64,000 nt of DNA from Asterias rubens (Eukaryota). The notes beneath the pieces are model-generated. The model saw only the letters and a list, made by a program, of their open reading frames with translations. It made no database searches and was not told where the DNA came from. Each line of letters starts with the position of its first letter. The first letter of the stretch is position 1. The DNA lies in the NCBI RefSeq assembly GCF_902459465.1, contig NC_047068.1, positions 18,042,001 to 18,106,000 of the forward strand, in the 5' to 3' direction. The translations under genes were made by a program, and so were the position numbers. Shown here piece by piece: positions 49,664 to 61,600 of this stretch.

Positions 49664-52641
49664 TGGGGGACAGAGGCACGAACGACGGCAGGGTGAGGAG
49701 AGACCGTCCTGCAAAGTTCGTGGGAAGTTGTTCTTCCCTTAAGTATCAACCAACACAAATGGCTGCACAAAATGCAACAAATAAAAAGTTTCATAAAATA
49801 TGAATAATATTATTGACGAAAAGGAAATAAGGCTACAAATTTGTAACTCTTGCTTTCCATTATAATCAACAAATTTAAAGTTCAGGCAAAAGGATCGAAA
49901 CAGATTACTAAAACTCTATAGATATTCTCTCAATTTATTAAAATCCTTTGTTTATATTCATTTAGTTTAGAAAGTGTGTTTAAGCTTCAATCTGCCATTA
50001 CCAGGGAAGCTGACTGTTTAGGGTAAATTTTGTGAAAGAACATTATTTTTACTTACATTTTCCGTGAAACTACGAATGCCTGTTCTATAGAAGCTTCCAA
50101 TTTCGAATAAAGCGACTTTTAAATTGGCCGCCTTTGGCGAGAGTGGCAGGGAAATTTAATTTTTTTTTGGGAAGCATGGCTAGTACAGTCTTTTAGAATA
50201 GGATTTATACTTGTATAAAGAATGTTTTCACAGTCTTTTTGCAACCACTTTTGAGTTAATGCGTGTAAATATTGTTATTGGATGTATAGAGTACGGTGAG
50301 GACCAAATTCACGGTCATTTTGGCCAGACCATAATATTCAGAGCACCATTTCAAAGGGTTAATACAAGAAGTTAAGCACAAGAATAAGCCGAGCACAACG
50401 TTAAGATTACCAGCTAAACTACCATGTCATTGTACACATTTGTGACTGGTATTCTGCTCATTTCTGCTTAGCAGAAACCTGTTAAGCAATATTGTCTACT
50501 TCGACACAAGGGGAGTCTGTTTAGATTCGTTGACATAAATTACTCGGATTTATAACTATTTTTTCCATACTGCGAAGTTGATTAGTAGTTTATCTGTTTT
50601 ATTGTTATTTTTCTTTTCTCTTTTTGCTACTAGTTTAACCCCTATTGGCAACCGGTAGAGCAAAGGTGTACAGTAAAGTGTTTGTGAACTTTGACGACAT
50701 AATTTCAGATCAAAGTTGAAAGTGGAAACAAGAGTATCACAGGTGTTTATAGATAAGGATTTAGTTGAGCTACAAATCCGTTGACAAAATAATTGCGAAT
50801 GGTTCAACGACAACAGAAAGCGTAGACAATTCAAATATTAAGAGTTAACCATTAAGTTTTAAAATGTTTGTTAAAATAATATAAATAATTATTGTACTCG
50901 GATTTTTATAGCATAGATTGCATGGATGATAGAGCTCAGTTTTAGCAAAAAGAAAAAGTTCGTCATGAAATAATTATGAATAACTTTTAAACGGGGATTT
51001 GTTTGTTTTTTTTGCTTCCCCAAATGCTTTGAAAATGATTAAATATAGAGCATTATAAACTCTTTGTTCTTCTAAAAAAACAGAAAAGTATCTCATTTAC
51101 TTTGTTTTGCGTGTTATATTGGAACGATGTTATGCTACCTCTTGCATAAATTAGGCATACGTTGGGGGGGGGGTCAGATGATGAGACTTGGTGCACGACT
51201 TTCTTATGACCATTTTGTTTTTAATTCAGTAAAATCATTGAAGCGAAACACAGTAGAAACAGAGTGCAAAATAAAATGGATATAACAAACTGATACTGCG
51301 CAATTTGGTCCTTGCTCTGCAAGCCCCAACCCCCACCCCCCGCCCGCGCTAAGTGGATGGGCGGGGTCGAATTCCGACTCTCCCATTCTTTTCAATAGAG
51401 GGCGCTCTTTCAAAACTCCGGTGGTAGTCGGAGCCTTATTAGTCTTGTTCCTGGACTTAGTTACGTATAAGGGATACTAATTGTCGCGGGATCTTTAATT
51501 TTCACAGCTGATCGTGTAAACAGCTTTGTCCGATCGTTACAACAAAACATTTCATCCAAAGTGTGGTTTATTGTTCATTTGCGGCCGAAAAAATTTCTGG
51601 AATGTATAAGCTTTGTTCTCACATTGTATTCCGAATTCTAGTACTGTTCTACCTCTTTTCCCCCGACTTGATCTTTGATGGGAGTGGCGAAGATCGTTGC
51701 GTGGCTGAGTCTGAGCGGACCAGCAGACACTGAAATTCAGACCGTCCTGCGCTCCGTCGGCCCCGGGTGACCAAGCCAGCGCCTTCCACTATTATTTCCC
51801 GTTATTTTTCTGTTGGCGTTTTAGTGCACTGTTGTGTTTGGTTTTCTTTTAGTGTACCCATCTCCTTTAGTTTCTTTTTCTTTGGACATCGAACATGTTG
51901 AGAAATCTTCATTAAATTACTGAACAGAAGGAGTGTTTTTAATTCAAGGTGAGTGCGTGAAATTTTGTTGAACTTTTTAGTTTGAAAACCAACTTTGAAA
52001 ACCAACTAGGGGCGGAAGGGCAATCCACTGCTCTGCTACCAGTGACTAGTACTAGTACTACTAGTACTAATCTGTTGAAGTTCCCTCATGAATATTGGCC
52101 TAAGAATCATGCTTTTCAAAAAGACCCATTACACTCTAGTCTTTGGCCGATACTGACTGACATATTTTATTTTATTTTATGTGATACTCTGCTGATAAAT
52201 TAGGCCTGTTTAGTTATTATTAGTGGTTTATTAAAAACATTCAAACTTCGCAGCCAAAAGCTGAATTGAGTTAAGTAATAAAATACAGAGTAAGTAAGAG
52301 GAATATCAATTCCTACCTTGGGTTCCCCGAATTAGTTTAATTTTGAATGTTTTTTGTTCTTGTATTGTAGCTCTTCTTTGTGAGTCTTGTCAAGCAAGAG
52401 CGGCTTTCACTCATTAGCCTTGTTTGGGTCAAATTTGCATAAATGAAAATAAATAAGTAAAAAATAACTTATCAGCATTGTTTGAATAGGGCTACTCCAA
52501 ACCAGTGTCACAGCAACCTTGGAAGTTATAATGCATCAGTTTATTCAGAATCTTCTGAACTATTATGTTCAAACTCAAAGTCAACTGCAACTGCAAATTT
52601 ATGTACCATTATAAATAACCTCTATTAACAATTCATGTAGA

Positions 52642-55600
52642 ATGAAGGCTTCCAGTTTTTGTGCAATTTTGCTGTGGTTCTGCTGGCAGTTCAACAGCCT
52701 AATTGAAGGAACGTATTTGAATGCTGATGTCGGCCTTGGAAATGAAGATCTACTGTCGGTGATTCAGAAAGAAATGTCTGTGTTTACGAGGCATTTGGAT
52801 GATATAGCAATGCATGAGTACCATAGGTTACACAGGTGAGTGGGGTGATCCCTGGTCATTGCCTTGGTGCCCTTGAAATGCACCAGAAGAATTTTAAAAT
52901 TTCCTCTACCCAGGAGAAAATGCGAAAAAGTTTCCGTATGGCGCCACCACTTTTTCACTATTTTTTTTACAAAAAGAGATATCTCATTGAGGTAAATTAG
53001 ATACTATATTAATTCATATCGAATAAAAAAGTGGTGATCCATACAGAAAAGTTTCCAAAAATGCCTTGGTGCCCTTAGCCTTTCAAAAACAAAGCATACA
53101 GGCATGTGCTCAATTCCTCAAACTATCTCAGCTCCTTTGGGAGTAGGCCCTACATACAGCCTGTTCTGCCCAGTATATAGCACACCAAGCATACATCAAT
53201 CACAAGAAACATTTCTTCCCTCACAGGTACCCATTTACCCCTGGATGAAGAGAAGCAATTATAGAATGTACTTTGCTTAAGGACACACATGTCATGACCA
53301 GGATTCGAACCCACATCCTGATGATCAGCCACCAGTCCTTGACTTGAGTCAGGTTCACTAAACCATAAAGTTCATATCAATAATGGTCGCTGTGGTTGAG
53401 TAGTTTGAATCCAGACTTGCAATCACAAGGTTGATGGTTCGAATCCTTCAGAAAGTTAAAAAAACAAATCCATCCACTTTAAGCAAGGTGACAGGGGGTA
53501 TATTCACGAAAGACAATGACCCTCAGGATTGTGAGAACTGTTTCTTAGATCTAAACCACATTACTGTAATGGAATTCCTTTCTCAAAATAGTTTACACTT
53601 TTGTTCAAAGGGAAGGTACACGTTTTGGTAATTACTCCAAAAAAGTAAAAATTAACTTAAAAACTGACTTGGTACTGAGCATTGGAGATCTGTTGATAAT
53701 ATACAACATTGTGGAAACGAATCCCTCTGAAGTCTTTTATTTCTATCTGAAAGCACACAAATTCGTCCAACAAGGGTGTTTTTTCTTTCATCATTTTCTT
53801 GCAACTTTGATGACCAATTGAGTCCAAATTTTAACAGGTTTGTTAATTTATAGTTATGATGGGATACACCAAGTGAGAACACTGGTCTTTGACAATTACC
53901 AAACATGTACAGTGGATTTAAGTGCCTTACTCCAGGGCACAAGTGACATGACCAGGATTGGAACCCACACTCAGCTGCTGACAACACCTGAGCTTTGGTC
54001 ATGTGAATTAGACCACTCAGCAACTACAGCGCTTCTCACAGTGTACGTTTTTATGGTCATTAACTTTTTAAATGGTTACCAAAGTATAACCCTACCCTTA
54101 AAGACTTTTGAATAGACTTCAAGTTCAACTGCAATAGAAGTTTTTATTTTATATAACGTTGTTTTCTCCAAATGGCAGAACTTCAGAGAGACACAGGTCC
54201 AAGCGATCATTTGATTACAGACATGGCTTCAGTCCGAACACTGGTGTTGGTAACAGGGAAGGTAAGAAAAAAACCTCACCCCCTTAAAAAAATATAATTC
54301 CCAAAAGCAGGCCTCGAAATAACCCACAGCACCCACAGCAATTGCTGTGGTGCCCTGGGCCCAATTTTATAGAGCTGCTTTAAGCATAAACTTTAAGCTT
54401 AACAATTTTCAGCAGAAATGAGCAGGATACCAGTCACAAATTGTATACTTGACATAGTTTGGCTAGCATGATTTTGTTGTGTTTAGCTACTTTTTCTGCT
54501 TTTAAAAGCAACTATATGAAATTGGGTCCAGTTCTTTTGCTGTGCTCTCTGCAAAATTCAAAAACAAATTTACATTTTCCTCATAGAAGTGTCCCTTCAC
54601 CAAATGAAAATTGCTGTGCCCCTTCAAGAAAACTTCAAGAAAACTAAATTTAATGCCTGCTTGGTCAGTGTTAAATTACATAGGGCTGGTTTGCAGAATA
54701 AATTGCTTTGTAAACAAGTATCCTTGGTAGAAAGAAGCTAGCATTCAGGTTGGTTTAGGAGTTCGTTTTTCTGCCTTTCACCTGGATGGATACCAGCTTA
54801 ACTGCCTCAGACCGAACCTTCAATTTAAATTATGCGCCTTATTTTTTACCACGTGAGAGGGCTCTCAAACTTTCACCTCCGAGGGTAGATTAGCTCATAC
54901 CCAAACACTATTAAAGACTGGTACACATTACCACCATTACCACCATCGACCTTTAAAGGAGCAGTTATAAACCACCTCTAAAGCAACTTAAAACTACAAG
55001 GCAACAAAAGTGACAGAACGGGTATTAAAATTGTGCAGGAGGAATTGCGTATACTCTGATCCCGGAAGTGATAAAAATACTATTGAGAGCGCCCTCACGC
55101 GGTCAAAAATACGGCGCATTCAATTCAATGGACCAACTTTTAATGGAACAATTTTTATCTTGCATTGTGGTGTAGTACAACTAAAAAATGAATGAAGATA
55201 AAGAGTACCTTGCGCTAGGATTTAATAGATACTGCCTCTGGTTTAAAAGATTCAGGAATCATGCCATGTCAACAACTGTCAAATTGCGTACAATTTTGTT
55301 GTTGGTCTTTTACAGATTCTGAGGTCCTCAATCTTGAGATGCTGTCCAATACATCAGTGTCGTCAACCCAGAGTGTCAAGGAGTGGGGCTTCCTTCAGAC
55401 CAACAACGCAAGTTTGTTAGCTGCCCTCGTTGGCCAGACGTTGACCATCTTTAAGCTACAGCTGAATCAAACGGATGAAACGCTCTCTCATGTAGTAACT
55501 TTGCAAGGTAAAAAAAAAACCTCTTGCCTTAACTTGATCTCACCCTAGCACTGTTAGGGCCTTGTCACCTTTGGCAATTTCTTTCAAGTTAGGCCAAGTA

Positions 55601-58600
55601 AAAAAAGAAACATGTTTAGCGTCCCTGCCCGCTTCCCCTCTGCTTCCCCTGTCACTCTAACCCCTTTTTGCCTCCTCATTCCCTTTACCTTTTTGCCCCT
55701 GTAGCCCAACAAGTTGTTTTCATTAGAACTTCTTGCTGGTCTATTTGGTAAGACACTGCTCTAGAATTGCAAAGCTGTGATTTTTGTACAGATTTTTCTG
55801 AAAGTACTGATTATACAGTGCTAACATAAATTGGTGTAAGGGTAGAACCAATTTAAAGGAACACGTTGCCTTTGATCGGTCGAGTTGGTCTTTGAAAAAC
55901 GTTTGTAACCGTTTGTTATAAAACGCATATGGTTAGAAAGATGATTTAAAAGTAGAATACAATGATCCACATAAATTTGCCTCGAAATTGCGTGGTTTAC
56001 TTTGCGAACCAACACGGTCGGCCATTTATGGGAGTAAAAAATTTGACTCCAATAAATGGTCGACCGAATTAGTCAACGAGGTAAAAGGAAACCCACGCAA
56101 TTTCGAGTGATACTTGTGTGGATCATTATATCTACTTTTAAAATATCTTTGTAATCATAAAAATATTTTATAACAAATGGTTACAAACGTTTTTCAAAAA
56201 CCAACTTGACCGTTGCAAGGCAACGTGTTCCTCTAATATTCTTTATCCCCAAATTTACACATCTTTTAAACTTCCAAAATGTTATGATTTTAATGAAAGT
56301 TTTGATTCTACTCTAGATGTGTCAAAATTTGAAATCTTCAATCGTCCTATTTGGGAATCAGGCCACATCGTTGACACTGACTACTGCCTAACCGTCTTCA
56401 ATACCTATGGCTACATGATACACTACAAGGTGTCTCAATTCGGCATAGAGGTACAATAAAGCTCATTCCTCCTTTTGTTGGATATTTTTTCTTGAGTTTT
56501 AATATTTTTGTACAACCCATTTATGGGTCATCAGAGCAAGCCAGTCGAAATGTTTAGACCAATTAAGAACTCACTCCACGGTAGTGAAGTTTATAATGAG
56601 AAGTCCCCTCGATCCACCAAAAGTCATGGCTTGATTTTTTACCTTTCGCCAAGATAGATCATAAAAGGACAGGACAGTTCTTAGTAGAATATAAAGCAAG
56701 ACTAGCATTCTCCTGAAGACCAGCAGAGTATACTGTTCGAAACGTCGAGACCAACCGGCTCTTTTCAGAGCCAACACTTGGAGCCAACACTCCCTCAAAA
56801 GAGATTTTACACAAGGTTGTACCCACAAGTCGAATATTCATATTTATATTTGCAGTTATTCTTAAAGCAAGACAAGTTCTTGAACATACATGTAATCTAC
56901 CCAGCAAGTAGATCCACACATGGGGTTACCGCAAACCAAATATATATTGATACCTCACCATACAGTGCCTCAAATCTGATATGCCCAGATATAGTATGGC
57001 CATCTTTTCAAAGTTCAATGGAGTAGAGTTACCAAATACTGAATGGATATTTTACCATTTTTTATATCTATTGTGTTTTTCCTCAGTACCAAAACGTAGT
57101 GGACTTGAGGACTCTGACTGTCATTGATCTGCAGCATTTTTCAGTTAATGCAAACCTATACCTGGGAGTGCTAACCCAAAATGGCTACCTAAGACTCTAT
57201 ATATGGAGCAGTAGATGTAAGTATACTTAATGTGGCCGCGTGGCGTGTTGTGGCCTGGCAGTTAAGAGCATCAGACTTAAGTTCTGGTGTTTCTGATTGG
57301 CAGAGTGTGGGTTCAAGTCCCAGTCGTGACACCTGTGTCCTTAAGCAAGACACCAAGACAATTAACCATGATGCTTTATCCATCGGCTGGGATGTAAAGC
57401 CGTTCCGTTGGTATTATTTTGTTTCGCTCCCTTCATACACTAATTTTTCATTGTTCTAGCTGCCCCCCATCATCCTAATAACTGTATTTTACTGTTCATT
57501 CTGTTGTAGGGCTGGGCCTGCAATTATGTTTTGCTTTGTTGTTCTGTTTTGATTTGATAATTTCTAATTTTGCCTTGAATTGTATTTTGTGTTCTTGTTT
57601 TGTTGAGGTCAAATAAATAATAACAACAGTATATTTCCCTGAAGAATTTGCAATTTCATCTTTTGAAATATAGTCGATCAATTCATAACATCTGAGGAGC
57701 TATCAGTGCCTACACTCTGCTACAACATGCAAGCTTTTCACATTTACGGCCGGTACTACATTCTGGTCTCCGTCGGGCTGGGAGAGTCGGTGCTCTTAAA
57801 GTATCAGAGTCGTCACAGTGCCTTCAGAGAGTACCAACTGTAAGTATTCAGGGAACCAGTTTCACACAGCATTGGATGGTATTTTGGCTGGTAGCCTTGT
57901 TAGATAGAAAAGATAAAAACCTTGTGGTTTATATTGATATCTGAAACAAAAAGTCGCATCCCCTTAAGGTGATCCCCTCGCTGCCGCTTCCCAGGTTGTA
58001 TCGTAATTTGGGTGTGATCCCTGGCTACACGGCAGTTAACGGTTGTATGGCTTCTGACTGGCACCCCCGAACAAAGATATTGACAAAATAGGGACACCGC
58101 CAATATAGGGCTAGATAGCTCAGTTGGTAGAGCGCCGGCACGTTAATCCGGAGGTCGTTGGTTCGAATCCCACTCTAGTCAATTCTTTGTTCAACCCCAA
58201 AAATCATTTCAAAATTTACCCAGTCAGTTTCTCTTGTGGTTTATATTGATAAGATAAAAACTATGTTCATAAATACCTGAGACAGTTTTCGCTATTCCTA
58301 TTGGTGTAGAGCGCGTCACGTGGGTGTGTATAAACCTTTGTTTATGACCAGTAAAAAGTGTTGAAACATGGGCGTGACACACGAGCTTGCACCTGTTTCT
58401 TATAAGACAGTTTCTTCATTCCTATTGGTCGAGAGCAACGGCTGAAACAGTTGTGCCACATCACGCAATACGCGCAACGCGCACAGCATTCCCTTACAAG
58501 GAGTTGTTTACTCGAGGGCCTTACGATTTCATAGCTGGAGGGGTGTTGTGTTGAAAGAAATCATTGAACATTTATAATTTTTGCATTTGTTTTACTTTTT

Positions 58601-61600
58601 GATCAAAAAGTGTTGATGTTTTTGACCGCAAAGGTATTTATGAATGGGAATCAAAGTGTGTTGAATCGGTTTTCAACTAGTGGTTCAAACCCGCCGAGGC
58701 CTGGTTCTTTATAATTTACCTCGACTTCGTCACAGTAAAATTATCAAGAACCAGGCCTCGTTGGGATTAAACCACTAGTTGAAAACCTCTTCACCACACA
58801 TTGATTCCCTTATTATCGCGCACAGGGGAAATTAATACAATGGGGCACGAGATGTAGACCCATAATCCGAAAACATGACTGATTCTAGATCTTTAGATCT
58901 GGGCCCAAGTTCATGGCTCTGCTTATCGTAAGCAAAGAATCTTCTCTTAACGAAACAATTGTATTTCACTGGTTAGCAGGGAATTTTTGCGGTAAGCAGA
59001 GCCATGAAATTTGGATTCACAAGTTCCATTCTAGTTTAAAAAAGATGTATTCAAACCCAAATTATTATAAATTTACCCAGTCAATTTTCTTTGTGGTTTA
59101 TTACTCGCGGTTTTATTTCATGAGATGATTACAAATTTTAAAAAGATATCAATTGTTTTCCTCGTGCTGTTTTTGTTTCCAGTTTATTTTCACAGGGTTC
59201 AAAGAGAGTGAAATACTTCTCAGAGTCGTACGAACATTACGTTGTGTTTATTGATGACCAGGGTCTGACATCCACTTTCTTCCAGTGGAATGGTATGTTA
59301 ATACTTTTGTTATGTAGAAGAACCTGTCTATTTCAAAGGCAAAAATATACCTTCTTTTTTTTTAAACCGTTTGATTGTTTTAATCCTGTATAAATGTTGA
59401 TGTACCTGTAGATAATAAGACTAACACACAAAAGTGTCATTTCAAAAGGTGGTCACCTTTTTTAAGGTATCGCCCAAAATCCAAGGCAAATATTTCCACG
59501 CAGGAAGAACAATCCCCAATATGAATACACAATCTGAGAAAGGTTACTTTCAGTAATACTTCTCAGATTCAAATTTTGAATCATAAAATTTGATCTCTTT
59601 TATCATAACCACATTACTTTGAAGTGAAATGTTTCTGAAAATGCTCGGAAGTGCAGCTGCCAAACATCACCTCGGACCAATAAAAACACAGATATAGAAA
59701 GCTTATGTCTCTGCACATTTATCAAATGAAATCATTGCATCCAGGATGTCTTATTGGCCAGCTGTTGTATCATGAATATTCATTGACAATAACACCAGAT
59801 CCATTTCCAACCAATCAGGATGTCTAATTGGCCAGCTGTTGTATCATGAATATTCATTGACAATAACACCAGATTCATTTCCAACCAATCAGGATGTCTT
59901 ATTGAAGGTGAGATTACTGCTTTCTCTTTCTCAGGGGTCGTATTCCTTCAAATGCAAGTCGTGGATACATTTGGAGCAAATAGCTGGAACTCGATCACAG
60001 TTCCAGGAGTAGAAGATGGCACCCTCATTATTCTTGCAAGTAATAGCTCCGCCCCTGAAGGGACGCACCCCTTCATGACCTACATGTACGATACGGGAAC
60101 CCTAGACTTTCAGTTCTGGAACCGGTCATCTCTGTTGGCTGTTCTCAATCCACCAGGTAAATTTACTTTCACTCTATTTTAGAATTATTCAGGGCCCGAT
60201 TTCATGGCTATGCGCTAACGATCACCATTCTCTGCTTGGCTTGCACTCAATGCCAAATTGCTCAGATAGCTGTGTAAGCGTAGAATGCCGGGTAACGTGG
60301 AGTACGCTCGCGCACAAGCCAAAATTCCCTGCCAACCCATGCAATATGCTTGACAGAATTCCCTGCTTGCGCACGAAATTCCCTGCTTGTGCAAGCGCTG
60401 ACTCTTTGCTTTTGGCAAATTGGGCCCTGGCCAAGGACTCTCAAGAAAGCGAACTTTATCACTCTACTAGCCAAGAACCCAATGGAGAGAAGACAAGGGA
60501 AGGAAGGCGAGAAAATATACCACTACACCAATCTGACCAACCCGACATTGTAGTGATTTGGATCAGGGATTAAAACACCATCAGGGTGGCACTCAAATAA
60601 AGGACCAAGTCGAGGTCTTTTGGGTCATGACCCTGCTTAAGTATCAAACTTGCGTGCTTATATAACTTTCAGAGTTCGATCCAGTTCCATGCTTTCACCT
60701 CAATAAACCCAAGTCTTGACACTCATGGGGTGACAGGTCTTTTTCTTCAGCTGCACTGCACATCTGGAACTCTCTACTTCTAATAATCTTAGATCTTGTC
60801 TTTGTCCCACAAAATTCAAATCTCTTGTCAAAATGTATCTTATGTATTACAGGTTTTTAAGGACTATTTTTGTTGTGTCTGTTTTCTTTTGTTTTGGTTT
60901 TGGCTTTACTGCACCTATGAACAAACATATTTTGATCACAGTGCTTCTAAAACTTCATTTTTGCAGAATACTACGATGCCGTCAACAGCCTTTCATTTTA
61001 TATCGACTCATCTGTGTATCTGGCCGTTAGTGTGTCGATGAAGTCCTCTGCCAATGACCAGGGAAATATTTTTGAGATCGCCTTCACTGATGTTGTTGTG
61101 GCCGACCCTGTCGTTATCGAGAACGTGGAACTGGAAGAGTTGATGGCACAAATAGAAGTATAAGGACTTGAGCTCTTGGCCCATTTCCATAGAGCTGCTT
61201 AAGCAGACAATTTTGCCTAACAATTTTCTGAGAAATAAGCAGGGCCATATTTTATAAAACTACTTTCTCTTTGCTAAGCAAAAATTGAGTGGGGTACCAG
61301 CCACAACAATACAAACTTAATGTAAATTTGGCTGGTAACCTGATTCTACTAAGCAATACTATTCTGTGTTTAGCAAGTTTTGGTGCTTACAGGCTTTATG
61401 TAATTGGGCCCAGATTACCAGTCACAAAATGTACATGTAAGATGGTATTTTGCCGAGTAACCTTAATCTGGTAAGCATTATGTTGCTATGCTTAACTTCT
61501 TTGATGTGCTTAAGCAGCTCTATGAAATTGAGCACTGGTGTTTATGATCAGCAGAGTGTGGGTTCAAGCCCTGGGCCCAATGGGAGACTTTCTGGGACGA

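Noticed and set aside
58109-58181. Functional tRNA-Asn gene
   Set aside because: Stem mismatches, lack of U33, and membership in a repeat family.
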